A stretch of 63,738 nt of DNA, the filler included, from Octopus bimaculoides (lineage: Eukaryota), in assembly GCF_001194135.2 (NCBI RefSeq). It is 8 parts of 8 records of this genome, joined end to end, with 100 filler letters (N's around TTAATTAATTAA, not from the genome) between each part and the next. Parts side by side here need not be neighbours in the genome. Positions count along the whole stretch, not along the records: positions 19,770 to 36,449 come from NC_069004.1; positions 36,550 to 41,653 come from NC_068986.1; positions 41,754 to 50,421 come from NC_068985.1; 5 more parts are not named here. One strand, given 5' to 3'. Positions within the stretch are counted from its first letter, which is position 1; every line of letters begins with the position of its first letter. The notes below the pieces were generated by a model. The model was given only the letters and a program-made list of their open reading frames with translations. It was not told the origin of the DNA and made no database searches. A program made the translations under genes and the position numbers. Positions 35,052 through 46,851 of this stretch are shown piece after piece.

Positions 35052-35930
35052 GGCACAGGAGTGGCTGTGTGGTAAGTAGCTTGCTTACCAACCACATGGT
35101 CCCGGGTTCAGTCCCACTGCGTGGCACCTTGGGCAATTGTCTTCTACTATAGCCTCGGACCGACCAAAGCTTTGTGAGTGGATTTGGTAGACGGAAACTG
35201 AAAGAAGCCTGTCGTATATATGTATATATATATATATATGTATATANNNNNNNNNNNNNNNNNNNNNNNNNNNNNNNNNNNNNNNNNNNNNNNNNNNNNN
35301 NNNNNNNNNNNNNNNNNNNNNNNNNNNNNNNNNNNNNNNNNNNNNNNNNNNNNNNNNNNNNNNNNNNNNNNNNNNNNNNNNNNNNNNNNNNNNNNNNNNN
35401 NNNNNNNNNNNNNNNNNNNNNNNNNNNNNNNNNNNNNNNNNNNNNNNNNNNNNNNNNNNNNNNNNNNNNNNNNNNNNNNNNNNNNNNNNNNNNNNNNNNN
35501 NNNNNNNNNNNNNNNNNNNNNNNNNNNNNNNNNNNNNNNNNNNNNNNNNNNNNNNNNNNNNNNNNNNNNNNNNNNNNNNNNNNNNNNNNNNNNNNNNNNN
35601 NNNNNNNNNNNNNNNNNNNNNNNNNNNNNNNNNNNNNNNNNNNNNNNNNNNNNNNNNNNNNNNNNNNNNNNNNNNNNNNNNNNNNNNNNNNNNNNNNNNT
35701 GTATGTATGTGTGTATATGTTTGTGTGTCTATGTTTGTCCCCCCAACATCACTTGACAATCGATGCTGGTGTGTTTACGTCCCCGTAGCGTAGCAGTTTG
35801 GCAAAAAGAGACCGATAGAATAAGTACTAGGCTTACAAACAATAAGTCCTGGTGTCGATTTGCTCGACTAAAGGTGGTGCTCCAGCATGGCCGCAGTCAA
35901 ATGACTGAAACAAGTAAAAGAGTAAAAGAG
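35052..35930 (+). mobile_element. SINE family A, full length, with internal (TA/TG)n and N gap
   Basis: Best-preserved copy: GGCACAGGAGTGGCTGTGTGGTAAG...GGGTTCAGTCCCACTGCGTGGCACCTTGGGCAA...AAAGAAGCCTGTCG(TA)n gap ...GACTGAAACAAGTAAAAGAGTAAAAGAG. Confidence 0.9.
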
Positions 35931-36324
35931 TATGTAATTCCTCCACTTCATGTCATGATCATTTCTATCTTTCTCCTCTCACTTCCACTGGCCAGGTGAC
36001 AGCACAATACATCAGCGGGCTCTCTGCTATCTCTCTTACTCCCTCCTCCTCTCTCACTCCATTTCCCCCTCTCTCTTTAAAGCATAACAAGTGAAGGAAT
36101 GAAGAATTAGAATTATACCACAGATGTTTAGGATCTCATTTTTTCCAGTGCTTTTGTTTTAAATCAATAGGGTTTGTTTTGAAAGAAGATTTGGCTGTTA
36201 TTTCCAGCAGATTGAGATTACTGAGAGCTATCCTTTTGTTACTGTGTGGCAAGGTGCAGGGAGGATTAACAGAATTTAGAGAACCAAAAGAACATTTTTA
36301 AAAAGATGAAAGGAAAGTAAATTA

Positions 36325-36549
36325 TTGGTGGTAGTGATGGCAGTGGTGTTAGAAGTGGTGGTGGTGGCGGTGGTGATAGTGGTGGTGGCAGTGGTGATAG
36401 TGGTGGTGGTGATAGTGGTGATAGTGGTGGTGGCAGTGGTGATAGTGGTNNNNNNNNNNNNNNNNNNNNNNNNNNNNNNNNNNNNNNNNNNNNTTAATTA
36501 ATTAANNNNNNNNNNNNNNNNNNNNNNNNNNNNNNNNNNNNNNNNNNNN

Positions 36550-36582
<33 letters not shown>

Positions 36583-36592
36583 TATATATATG

Positions 36593-36624
<32 letters not shown>

Positions 36625-36990
36625 TATGTATGTATGTATGTACGTACGTGTGTATGTATGTATCTGTATACATACACTGGGGAACGAAAGAGAAAGAGAT
36701 GGAGAGGAATAGAAACATGAGCGTTGAGAGAGAGGGGGAGATAGAGAAAGAGAGAGCGTATGTGTGAGAAAGAGAGAGTGAGAAAGAGAGAGTGAAAGAG
36801 AAAGAGTGTGAGTGAGAAAGAGAGAATTCGTTTTTGCTTTTTTATGCTATTATTAATGCTATTATCATTATTACTGTTATTTGTTATTATTATTATTATT
36901 GTTATTATTATTATTATCATTATTATTGTTATCATTATCATTATTATTATAATTATTATTATTGTTATTATTATCATTATTGTTGTTGTT
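36325..36990. repeat. Compound microsatellites (GGT/GAT)n, (TA)n, (TATG)n, (GA)n, (TTA)n
   Basis: Directly visible simple repeats around a gap. Confidence 0.9.
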
Positions 36991-37127
36991 GTTGTTACTA
37001 TATTCTCCAGAAACAGCTGCAAGTGATGAAATTTCTCAGAGACTCAAATATGTTACGAAATGGTTACATCCTGGTTTACTTTCTGCGTAACTACTTCCTA
37101 TAAACACTGAATTAACACACGCGCACA

Positions 37128-37170
<43 letters not shown>

Positions 37171-37276
37171 NNNNNNNNNNNNNNNNNNNNNNNNNNNNNN
37201 NNNNNNNNCACTAGCTTACATACAATCGATGTTATATTCATAAGCGATGATAGTCCAATAGTACTATTTACTGCTG

Positions 37277-37327
<51 letters not shown>

Positions 37328-37796
37328 ATGATGATGAGGATGATGATGAGGATGATGAGGTTCTTTATTCCGACTGATATTTATGTCTATATTTTTATAC
37401 TTCTGGTTTCAATGTAATTGTCTAAGATGTATGTAGTGACATCCAATATAAACACCTTATACATGGGTGCGACAGTGTGTGTATGTGCATGTGTGTGTAT
37501 GTGTGTGTGTGCGTGCGCATGCGCAAGTATTTGTGCCATACATATATACACGGACGGGGACACACACACACGAACACACATACACAAATAGACGCAGGTG
37601 CACATGCACACATATTCATTCTACTCTCGTCACGAGTTAGATGTCAGAAATATTTAGAATTACTTCTGTTTAACAAACGATGTCTACCTCGGCGTACTTA
37701 TGTGTGTACGTGTGTGTGAGGAGTATGTGTGTGTGTGTGTGTGTGTGTGTGTCTGTGTGTGTGTGTGCGAGCGTGAAAGTAAAGAGAAAGAAATAT

Positions 37797-37838
<42 letters not shown>

Positions 37839-38099
37839 GGATGGATGGATAGATGGATAAATAAATAAATTAACATATACTTACACATACACACACAACC
37901 ACGTGTGTATGTATATATATATATACACGCACTTACAGCCACACACACACACACACACACCTTCACACAAACTGACACACACATTTAAATATACACATAT
38001 ATACATGAATGTATATATTTGTGTAATGTGTATTTGTTTTACCTACAATTATACATGAAGAATATTCAAAACGCTGACAAACCATTCATCAAATACATG

Positions 38100-38660
38100 T
38101 AAACTTTATTATATAGTTTTACAAAGAAAAAATTTGTCTTTAACCCCGGCGTTTCGGCAATAGTTGTTAACGTCAGTGTCTCTGGCGAAGTCGTATATCT
38201 TAAAAACTCCTATGTTACTTATAACTTTTGCACTTGGCATTTATGTATACATGGTGCCCAGTTACGTGGAATCGAAGAGGATGTTGGTGGAAATTTCTCT
38301 AATGTCTGCAATGTGGAATTGGTTGCAGAGTGGATAGCGAATATGTATGCTTTATCGGCGGGGATGTGGTTCAAAGAGCTATTATAATTGAAAAGAGAAA
38401 TTGAGGATTCTTGAGATTTGGTGAGCATCATCTTTAGCAACGATCGCTATATGGGAAATAGATGAAGATAAGAGACGTACTTCACGGTTCCAATAATGGT
38501 CTTGCAAGAATTGCAGTGTTAGGGAAGGGAAGAATTGTTTGTAGCGATGCCTGACTTTCTCCTGACGATTTTTGGCCGTGTATTTTGCCTACAGTGTGTA
38601 GCACAACCTATAGTGTGCAGAACTACATGGGGGGGCACCTCAGGCTGTAAGTTTTATATG
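38100..38660 (-). mobile_element. Penelope-like element 3' part (decayed GIY-YIG endonuclease plus terminal repeat)
   Basis: With frameshifts reads EVP-CSSAH-(Y/T)IG...R...RKSGIATNNSSLP*HCNS...ESSISL..NSSLN, resembling PCxxCxxxYIG...SxLxxH...E..I...LN. A decayed hammerhead (38148-38176) and AATAAA follow. Confidence 0.5.
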
Positions 38661-40105
38661 TAGATGTGTAAGGATATGCCAAAGAGGATATACCCCCAGT
38701 CATCTGCTTGACTGTTTTGAACAGCTCAAAAGAAAGAATCAGGAGAGCTCCGAACAGTCAGCTAATGTGCTATAGGATCAGTAAGGTGAGGAAGGGCATA
38801 ACAGACACAACATACATACATTTACATATGCATGTATATATATATATACATATATATATATGTATATATGTATGTATGTNNNNNNNNNNNNNNNNNNNNN
38901 NNNNNNNNNNNNNNNNNNNNNNNNNNNNNNNNNNNNNNNNNNNNNNNNNNNNNNNNNNNNNNNNNNNNNNNNNNNNNNNNNNNNNNNNNNNNNNNNNNNN
39001 NNNNNNNNNNNNNNNNNNNNNNNNNNNNNNNNNNNNNNNNNNNNNNNNNNNNNNNNNNNNNNNNNNNNNNNNNNNNNNNNNNNNNNNNNNNNNNNNNNNN
39101 NNNNNNNNNNNNNNNNNNNNNNNNNNNNNNNNNNNNNNNNNNNNNNNNNNNNNNNNNNNNNNNNNNNNNNNNNNNNNNNNNNNNNNNNNNNNNNNNNNNN
39201 NNNNNNNNNNNNNNNNNNNNNNNNNNNNNNNNNNNNNNNNNNNNNNNNNNNNNNNNNNNNNNNNNNNNNNNNNNNNNNNNNNNNNNNNNNNNNNNNNNNN
39301 NNNNNNNNNNNNNNNNNNNNNNNNNNNNNNNNNNNNNNNNNNNNNNNNNNNNNNNNNNNNNNNNNNNNNNNNNNNNNNNNNNNNNNNNNNNNNNNNNNNN
39401 NNNNNNNNNNNNNNNNNNNNNNNNNNNNNNNNNNNNNNNNNNNNNNNNNNNNNNNNNNNNNNNNNNNNNNNNNNNNNNNNNNNNNNNNNNNNNNNNNNNN
39501 NNNNNNNNNNNNNNNNNNNNNTATATATATATATACATATATATATATATACATATATATATATGTATATATGTATGTATGTATATATATGTATATATGT
39601 ATGTATGTGGGGCGCGCAGTGTCAATGACGTCAAACTTTCAAAATAAACCAATTCTTGCATGGGAGTGAATAACAACACACACTTACTCACACACATACA
39701 CACACGCACACACACACATAAACACATACATACATACGTACATACATACATACCTATTACATCATATATGTTTGATGAAGAGATTCCGCTTGCTAACTGT
39801 TGAGCAAAAGTCACAGTAACTATTTAGGGCGATATTAATTTCTTCCAGATGCACAAGAACCCCAGCTTTCTAAGGCAGGAGGTTGACAGAATAAGATACT
39901 GTGATATTTGTGGGCCTTTACCCTACCACCCGTTGCCAAAGTGCATTTGCAGCAAAACTGAAATGAAGTGAGAATTAAGAAAACCGGTCGCAGACTCCAT
40001 TTTGTGAAAGTCGCCTATTTCTTCGTGCCCAGTTTAATATATTATCATATCGTAAGAGGTTGAATGGAGGAAATATGTTACACATACTGTTGTTGCTGTT
40101 GTTGT

Positions 40106-40136
<31 letters not shown>

Positions 40137-40235
40137 TGTTGTTCTAGTTGTGGTTGCTCCTGTTGCTGAAATGGGTTTAGATGTGCGCCGCCGTCGTTTT
40201 TTGCTCTTCCACGGTCCTGTTACATCACGGTTCAG

Positions 40236-40322
40236 TTCCTTTATTCCATATATATATATATATATTTCCTTTATTCCATATATATATATATATATTTCCT
40301 TTATTCCATATATATATATATA
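40236..40322 (+). repeat. Triple tandem of a 30-bp unit TTCCTTTATTCCA(TA)n
   Basis: Units start at 40236, 40266 and 40296. Confidence 0.9.
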
Positions 40323-40443
40323 ATTATTACAAATAAAAGGGTAAAGGATTATCAATTTATAAATAAATTAATAATTAATCATTTTTACCAAGCTTGGTCG
40401 TGCATGCAAAATTGCCAGCATCTTCACATTTGCAAACAAGAAT

Positions 40444-40503
40444 ATCATACTGATGAGGAAATGAAAAGTTTTCACTTTTCTGATCCAGAAACGCGTCTAT
40501 GAT
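40444..40503 (+). ncRNA. Type-I hammerhead-ribozyme-like motif (best formed in the window)
   Basis: ATCATA-CTGATGA-GGA-AAT-GAAAAGT-TTTC-ACTTTTC-TGA-TCC-A-GAAAC-GC-GTC-TATGAT: perfect 6-bp stem I, canonical CUGAUGA, 3+7-bp stem II, palindromic ACGCGT stem III, GUC triplet. One extra A precedes GAAA. Confidence 0.7.
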
Positions 40504-40649
40504 TAACTAAGATTGGTTAGTTTCGTTATTTTTTTCTTCTTGCTTTGCCTTTGTGAGTTACAAGTATTGCTATCTGTTGGAGTTTTGGCACTTTAGCTGC
40601 TATTTCTGAACTTCGGTATGTGGTGAAGCAACTGTTGCGATCCCTTAAT

Positions 40650-40693
<44 letters not shown>

Positions 40694-41273
40694 TATACAC
40701 ACATATATGTATATATTTAGATTTACCATGTACTGATGAGGCCTTCATGCATCTCCCAACCTAATCCCGATTTATTAAATTGAAATTTTATAATTATTTG
40801 TTGTTTGTTGATTTAAATAGTAGCGTATGTGTGAGGATGTGTGTTTGTGTATGCGTGTGTGTGTAAATACATACATACATACATACATGCGTATATGCGG
40901 CAGACAAGGAAAAGTCGCTTAACTGTTTCATGGTCTGTTGTTTTTTCACCGCTGTGTAAAAAGAATATTTTGCAATTTATGAATAGCCGTCAAAAGCACG
41001 TATATGCAAACTAGGTTATCCATCACCGTGATGTAGTCTAATATAAGACTGCTCTATATAACAGTTGAATGTTCTATGCTACGATTTTGGAGAGAAGCTG
41101 AGTATATCTTTTCTGCGGAGTACTGAGATTCCCATTTTTGTTCCAATGTATCAGAACAATACAGAATATATTTACTCTCTCTTTCTCTCTCGCTCTCTCT
41201 CTCTCACACACATACACACATAGATAGACACATAAATATATACATGCATGCATATTTACTACATACATATATA

Positions 41274-41653
41274 CCGTAAATCCTCGAGTATAATCCGCAC
41301 TTTTTTCCCAAAATTTAAAGGTCAAAATTTCTAGTGCGTACTATATACGAGGTTAAAAATGGAAAATATTTTCTAAGTGATAAATATGTAAAGGCAATCT
41401 ACTTAATATTTATTTTTCACTGACGTTTTTACTGTTATTTCTTTATTTTCTGCAAACAAAGTGCACAAAAAAGCTACACGTTTGCATTATGTTATATATA
41501 CAATAATAATAAAGGACGTTACCGTATATACGTTTACAAACCAAGGACGTTATATAGACCTCCTTGACTCAAGTTAGAGAAGGGGTGCGTATTATACACA
41601 AGGTTTAGGTTTTTCAGAGCAACAGCCCCCTAAAAATCTCCTGCGTATTATAC
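41274..41653 (+). mobile_element. Tc2/pogo-type non-autonomous DNA element (right end in gap)
   Basis: TA|CCGTAAATCCTCGAGTATAATCCGCAC terminus; internally repeated GTGCGTATTATAC motifs. Confidence 0.6.
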
Positions 41654-42035
41654 NNNNNNNNNNNNNNNNNNNNNNNNNNNNNNNNNNNNNNNNNNNNTTA
41701 ATTAATTAANNNNNNNNNNNNNNNNNNNNNNNNNNNNNNNNNNNNNNNNNNNNACGCATATTTGTGTCATCAGCTTGTCATTTAGCATTCCTCGCCCAGC
41801 CTCTCTCCCGTCCTTTCTCTCTCTCTCTCTCTCCCTCAATATCTATGGTCAGCTCTCTTTTAATTGGTAAGACGCATGTGTTCTGCTTCAGGTTTAATTC
41901 AATTAAGTCGTTATCTACACAGACCCAATTAACATTCAGCGTTTCTTACTGAATTTAATTATACGCGTCTGTCACACACCAAACGTATCTCATATGCATT
42001 GCAATTCTGTCGTCTTACTCTCATTCTCCTTCTCC

Positions 42036-42072
<37 letters not shown>

Positions 42073-42581
42073 TCTCTCTCCCTCCCCGTCACTCATTCGA
42101 TGTTATTTCTGTCACAAATTACAAACGCCTCCTAGCATATATGTCACTTTATCTTGGTTTTAATCTTCAAATAATTGACTTCATATATCTATATTTTTCT
42201 TATTGAATATGCATATAACTGTGTGTAGTGTGTGTGTGTGTGTGTGTGTGTCTGTGTGTGTGTCTGTGTGTGTTGTGTGTGTATTGTGCGTGTATACAAG
42301 TAAATATATGTACATAGATAGAAAGTTATGTATGTATTTACATGTGTATACTTATATATATGCGTGGGTGGGTGAGTGGGTATAATCTTATGTATATATT
42401 AATGAATGTGTTAAGCTATATATAAAAACAATTTAACATCGAATTGAAGAGTTATTCAATACTATACATATGTATTCATATTTCTATATATATATGCATG
42501 TATGTATTATATATATATATATACACACACACATAAATATTCATATATATATATATATATATATGTGTGTGNNNNNNNNNN

Positions 42582-42621
<40 letters not shown>

Positions 42622-42841
42622 ATATGTATGTGTACATGTGTGTGTATATATATCTATGTGTGTGTGTGTGCATGTATGTATATATGTGTGTGTGTATGCG
42701 TGTGTGTGTGTATGCTTACATGTGCATTGTATGTATATTACGCAAGATTCGCCAACCAATTCAAATTATTTTCTCCGACTGTTTTCCATCAATCATAGTT
42801 TGCTTCTCTCTTTCTGTTGCGCTCACACTCCCTTCTCCTCT

Positions 42842-42873
<32 letters not shown>

Positions 42874-43109
42874 CCTCACGCACAAACACACACACATCCT
42901 CTCTCTTCGTAGCGAGAAAGAGAGGATGACAGTTCAAACCAAGCCAAAACTTTTTGTTCTTCCGTATATTCATCTAAAGGATTAATGACAAAACAGAAAA
43001 AATATCCAAATTTTGCTTCAAATTAAATATTCGAGTCTGTTGTATCAGAACAGGTGTTTATTACGTGTTTCCAGCACCTATGCATTTTACATGGTTCCAG
43101 CAGAGTTGT

Positions 43110-43228
43110 TTTTCAGGCGATACCAGCACAGGTGTTTTTTTACGTAGTACCAGCACGTGTGTCTTTTTACGTGCCACCAGCGCGGGCGCGTATTGCGTGG
43201 CACCAGCCCATGTGCTCTTGACGTGGAA
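43110..43228 (-). repeat. Tandem array of the RTE-3'UTR module (GTG..TTTTTACGTG.CACCAGCAC), about 5 degenerate units
   Basis: The same module occurs in multiple copies at 6150-6280, 21130-21430 and 25100-25185. Confidence 0.6.
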
Positions 43229-43485
43229 CCACCACGAATGTATACATAATTTTTTCTTTCTCTCATCGGTACAACTCATATTTCCGTTATTTGTGAAATA
43301 ATCTCAAAGTATTCATCATAAACAATAATGTGACAGGAGAAATAACAACGTTAACGTTATTCACCAGGCTAAACGTGTTCAGTAACTTTTCAATGCTTTT
43401 CAATGAAGGAGTTCAGTCAGACTGCTTAGGATCTGGTTGGTAACGATGAAAGCAGCATCTGTTGTACATTGGGTCTGTTCAAACA

Positions 43486-43734
43486 CAGGGGTTCTCAACT
43501 GGGGTCCATATGACACTTAGGGGTCCATATCAGATGTTTTTGTTAGGAGTTAAGTGCAATAAATTGTTCTACAATTCCAAAACATTTTAATTTATTTTAA
43601 GACCATTCCTAATAACATTTAATTACAAAAATATAATAGGATTTTTTTTAAACATCGATTGTTTATGAGGGTCCATTTGATTAAAATAGAAATCAAAGGG
43701 GTTTCAAAAGCAAAGGGGCGGTTGAGAATCACTG
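43486..43734. mobile_element. hAT-type MITE, complete (249 bp)
   Basis: TIRs CAGGGGTTCTCAAC / GTTGAGAATCACTG; 8-bp TSD TTCAAACA / TTCAAACG. Confidence 0.85.
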
Positions 43735-43884
43735 TTCAAACGCGTAACTGGGTCCCGTTTTTGAACAACAGCCAAAGGTTGCTTATACTCCAAAACTGGT
43801 CATAAATATCATTGCACTTTTAATATCTGATTCACAATCAGATTTAATTATCCCCCCCACTCTATAATTAGTACAGCACCACCC

Positions 43885-44220
43885 AAGGCAGCGAGCTGGC
43901 AGAAACGTTAGCACACCGGGCGAAATACTTAGCGGTATTTCGTCTGTCTTTACGTTCTGAGTTCAAATTACGCCGAGGTCGATTTTGCCTCTCATCTTTT
44001 CAGGGTCGATAAATTATGTACCAGTTACGCGCTGGGGTCGATATAATCGACTAGCCCCCTTCCCAAAAAAATTTTCAAGGCCTAGAGTAGAAATGGTAAC
44101 TAGTACAGCACCTAAAGATATCGAACTAGTAGAATCGGCAGCGTGTCGAACAAAATGTCTAGCTATATTTCTTCTCACTAATTATGTTCTGAGTTCAAAT
44201 TTCCCTGATGTTGATTTTGT
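43885..44220 (+). mobile_element. SINE family B full copy (43885-44098) plus a degenerate second head
   Basis: AAGGCAGCGAGCTGGCAGAAACGTTAGCAC...GTTCTGAGTTCAAATT...GGGGTCGAT. Confidence 0.85.
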
Positions 44221-44784
44221 GTGGAAATACAGCGAGATGGGCTATGAATGATGTCATCGTATCGTATGACACGTGTTTTTGCGTCATTATGCTTCATTAG
44301 CTACTGATACCGAATCCGTCGTTCGTACCTACGAAGATTTGCTGTTCTTATGAGTAAACAGCAAAAACTAAATTTCCTGGTGTGTGCAAAGCTTTGTCAA
44401 GCTGGAATTAAGCAATTTGGACNNNNNNNNNNNNNNNNNNNNNNNNNNNNNNNNNNNNNNNNNNNNNNNNNNNNNNNNNNNNNNNNNNNNNNNNNNNNNN
44501 NNNNNNNNNNNNNNNNNNNNNNACACACACACACACACACATACACAATGCACCCCAATTCTCTTCTTTTGTTTGTTTATTGTTGTTTATTTCTTTTCGT
44601 TCATTTGTGGTCTTTTGGGAGAGGAATAGTGGAGGGGGGTATCAATTTTTTTTTTAATATGGCGCTGTTATATGGACCAAAATGAAATATATAACCAAAA
44701 ATATTAAATAATCATATAAATATACATATATAATAAATAATAGAAAAGCATATAAAAGAAAGAGGATAAAAAAGGGGAGAGAAA

Positions 44785-44835
<51 letters not shown>

Positions 44836-45729
44836 AAGCAGTAACAGAGTGAAAGAACTCATAGAATTACAAATCAAGGCAAGATCAGAAAATGCCTCAC
44901 GGGAAAATAATAAATAATATGTTACAGACAAAAAAGAAGAAGAAAAAAGAAGAGAAAGAAGAATCTGAATGACAAGGTGGGGGAAGAGGAGGAGGAGGAG
45001 ATTGAAAGAAAGTAATCAAAGTGAATGCAAGGAAGAGAGAGGGAGAAAGGTGTAGAGTGAGAGAGAGAGGTAAAGAGAGAGAAGAAAGAAAAGCATTGAT
45101 GTAAGAGAGAGACACACAGACACACAGACAAATTTCTTTTATAAGCTTTTCCCCTCAATATGGCAATTTGTCTCGTTTCTTGAACATATGCGGTATAATG
45201 ATGGAATGTAATAAATGAACGATGATGCGGTGACGTTCATTTCATTACCTAGTGGATTAATTTACCGTTTAAGAGGAACGGATTTGTAGGATATAAAAAT
45301 TACCAATCTTTGGGTGAGATGCACGTTTCGGCCTCAATATTGCAATTTCTTTCATTTCTAGAAAATAAAATCGAATATTTTAAATGACCAAATTAAAATG
45401 TAATGTGCTGACATTCATTTCATTACCTTTGGGACTAAAGCCTAACCGTAGCCCTAACCCTAACCCTAGCCATGTAAATAGAGTGGACTCTAATAAAAGG
45501 TAGACATTTTCTCTTGAGCGATCTGTATGTCTCTGTTTCAATATTGCAGTTTCTCGCATTCTTTGAAATTAAATTACTGGATAATGATCGAATATTTTAA
45601 ATAAAGGAATAAAATGTGATGTCATGACATTCCATATTGTCTTAGTTAACCATATACAGTGAGTGGTCCCGGATGTAAAAAAAAAAAAACACCAGCGCTG
45701 AAGGGATCCCCATGATTCTACGTTAATAG

Positions 45730-46163
45730 TGGTTTCAAATTTTGGAACAAGGCCAGCAATTTCAGGGCAGGGGATTCAGTCGATTATATCAACTCTTGTA
45801 ATTAACTGCCAGCTTGCTGGTTGAGTTGAGACATTTATATTGCAATTTGCTTCGTTCGCAAGGCGGCGAGCTGGTACAAACGTTAGCACGCCGAGCGAAA
45901 TGCTTAGCGGCATTTCGTCTGTCTTTACGTTCTGAGTTCAAATTCCGCTGAGGTCGACTTTACCATTCATCCTTTCGGGGTCGAAAAATTAAGTCCCAAT
46001 AGCGTACTGGGGTCGATCTAATAGACTGGCCCCCTCGCCAAAAATTTTGGGCCTTGTGCCTAAAGTAAAAAAGAATTTGCTTCGTCCGTAAGGCGGCGAG
46101 CTGGCAGAATCGTTAGCACGCCGGGCGAAATGCTTTGCGGTATTTCGTCCGTCTTTACGTTTT
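45730..46163. mobile_element. SINE family B cluster: - copy 45730-45810, + copies 45859-46075 and 46090-46163
   Basis: Direct alignment with the family B consensus. Confidence 0.85.
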
Positions 46164-46169
46164 AATACC

Positions 46170-46510
46170 CGGAGCTTAGTGTGGTTCTTAAGAATACCGA
46201 GGATAGCTTGGACAGACAAAGTGTCTCACGAAGAGGTGATGACCTAGACTGCGGTAAATAGGAAACGGTTTGATGAGAGAAGCGCCAAACAAGTGAGATT
46301 GTTTGGTTATGTGATGAGGAAAGAGAGTTTGGAGAATCTAGCAATGACTGGAAAGACCGAAGGGACAGGAAGCAGGGAAAGGAGAAGGATGATAGAGAGG
46401 TCAAGCTGGACGAATTGGTTGGGAGAAAGAAGCATTAAACATCAGGAAGAACAGAGAACTATGAATGGACAGGATCGCATATCGCCCACTACATTTGAGA
46501 CAGGGCCACC
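46170..46510 (+). mobile_element. RTE LINE (BovB-like subfamily) C-terminal remnant
   Basis: WFLRIPRIAWTDKVSHEEV...QVRLFGYVMRKESLENLAMTGKTEG matches RTE C-terminal motifs. Confidence 0.75.
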
Positions 46511-46803
46511 TAAAGAACAGAAACATCGATATATTTAAGATTCGTTATGCGTTGTAATGTGATTTAAGAGATTCGGCTGCTGTATTTAGCAGTACAAGTG
46601 ACCGTGTACAGACCCTCCTCCATCATTGGCACAGAGCCACAAACAGATAGCGGAGATGTATAATTCGATCAATAGATCGATATCGAAATGACTCCGGGCC
46701 AGTATTTTAGTCGACTACAGCTAGAATTTACCTCCGAACAAAATTATAATTAAATATAACGTATGCACACATATGTATGTATATGTATATGTATGTGTGT
46801 GTG

Positions 46804-46851
<48 letters not shown>

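Noticed and set aside
40203-40214. 12-mer GCTCTTCCACGG identical to part of the 34332-34367 motif
   Set aside because: No GCTC-GAAAC second half and no flanking similarity; probably chance.
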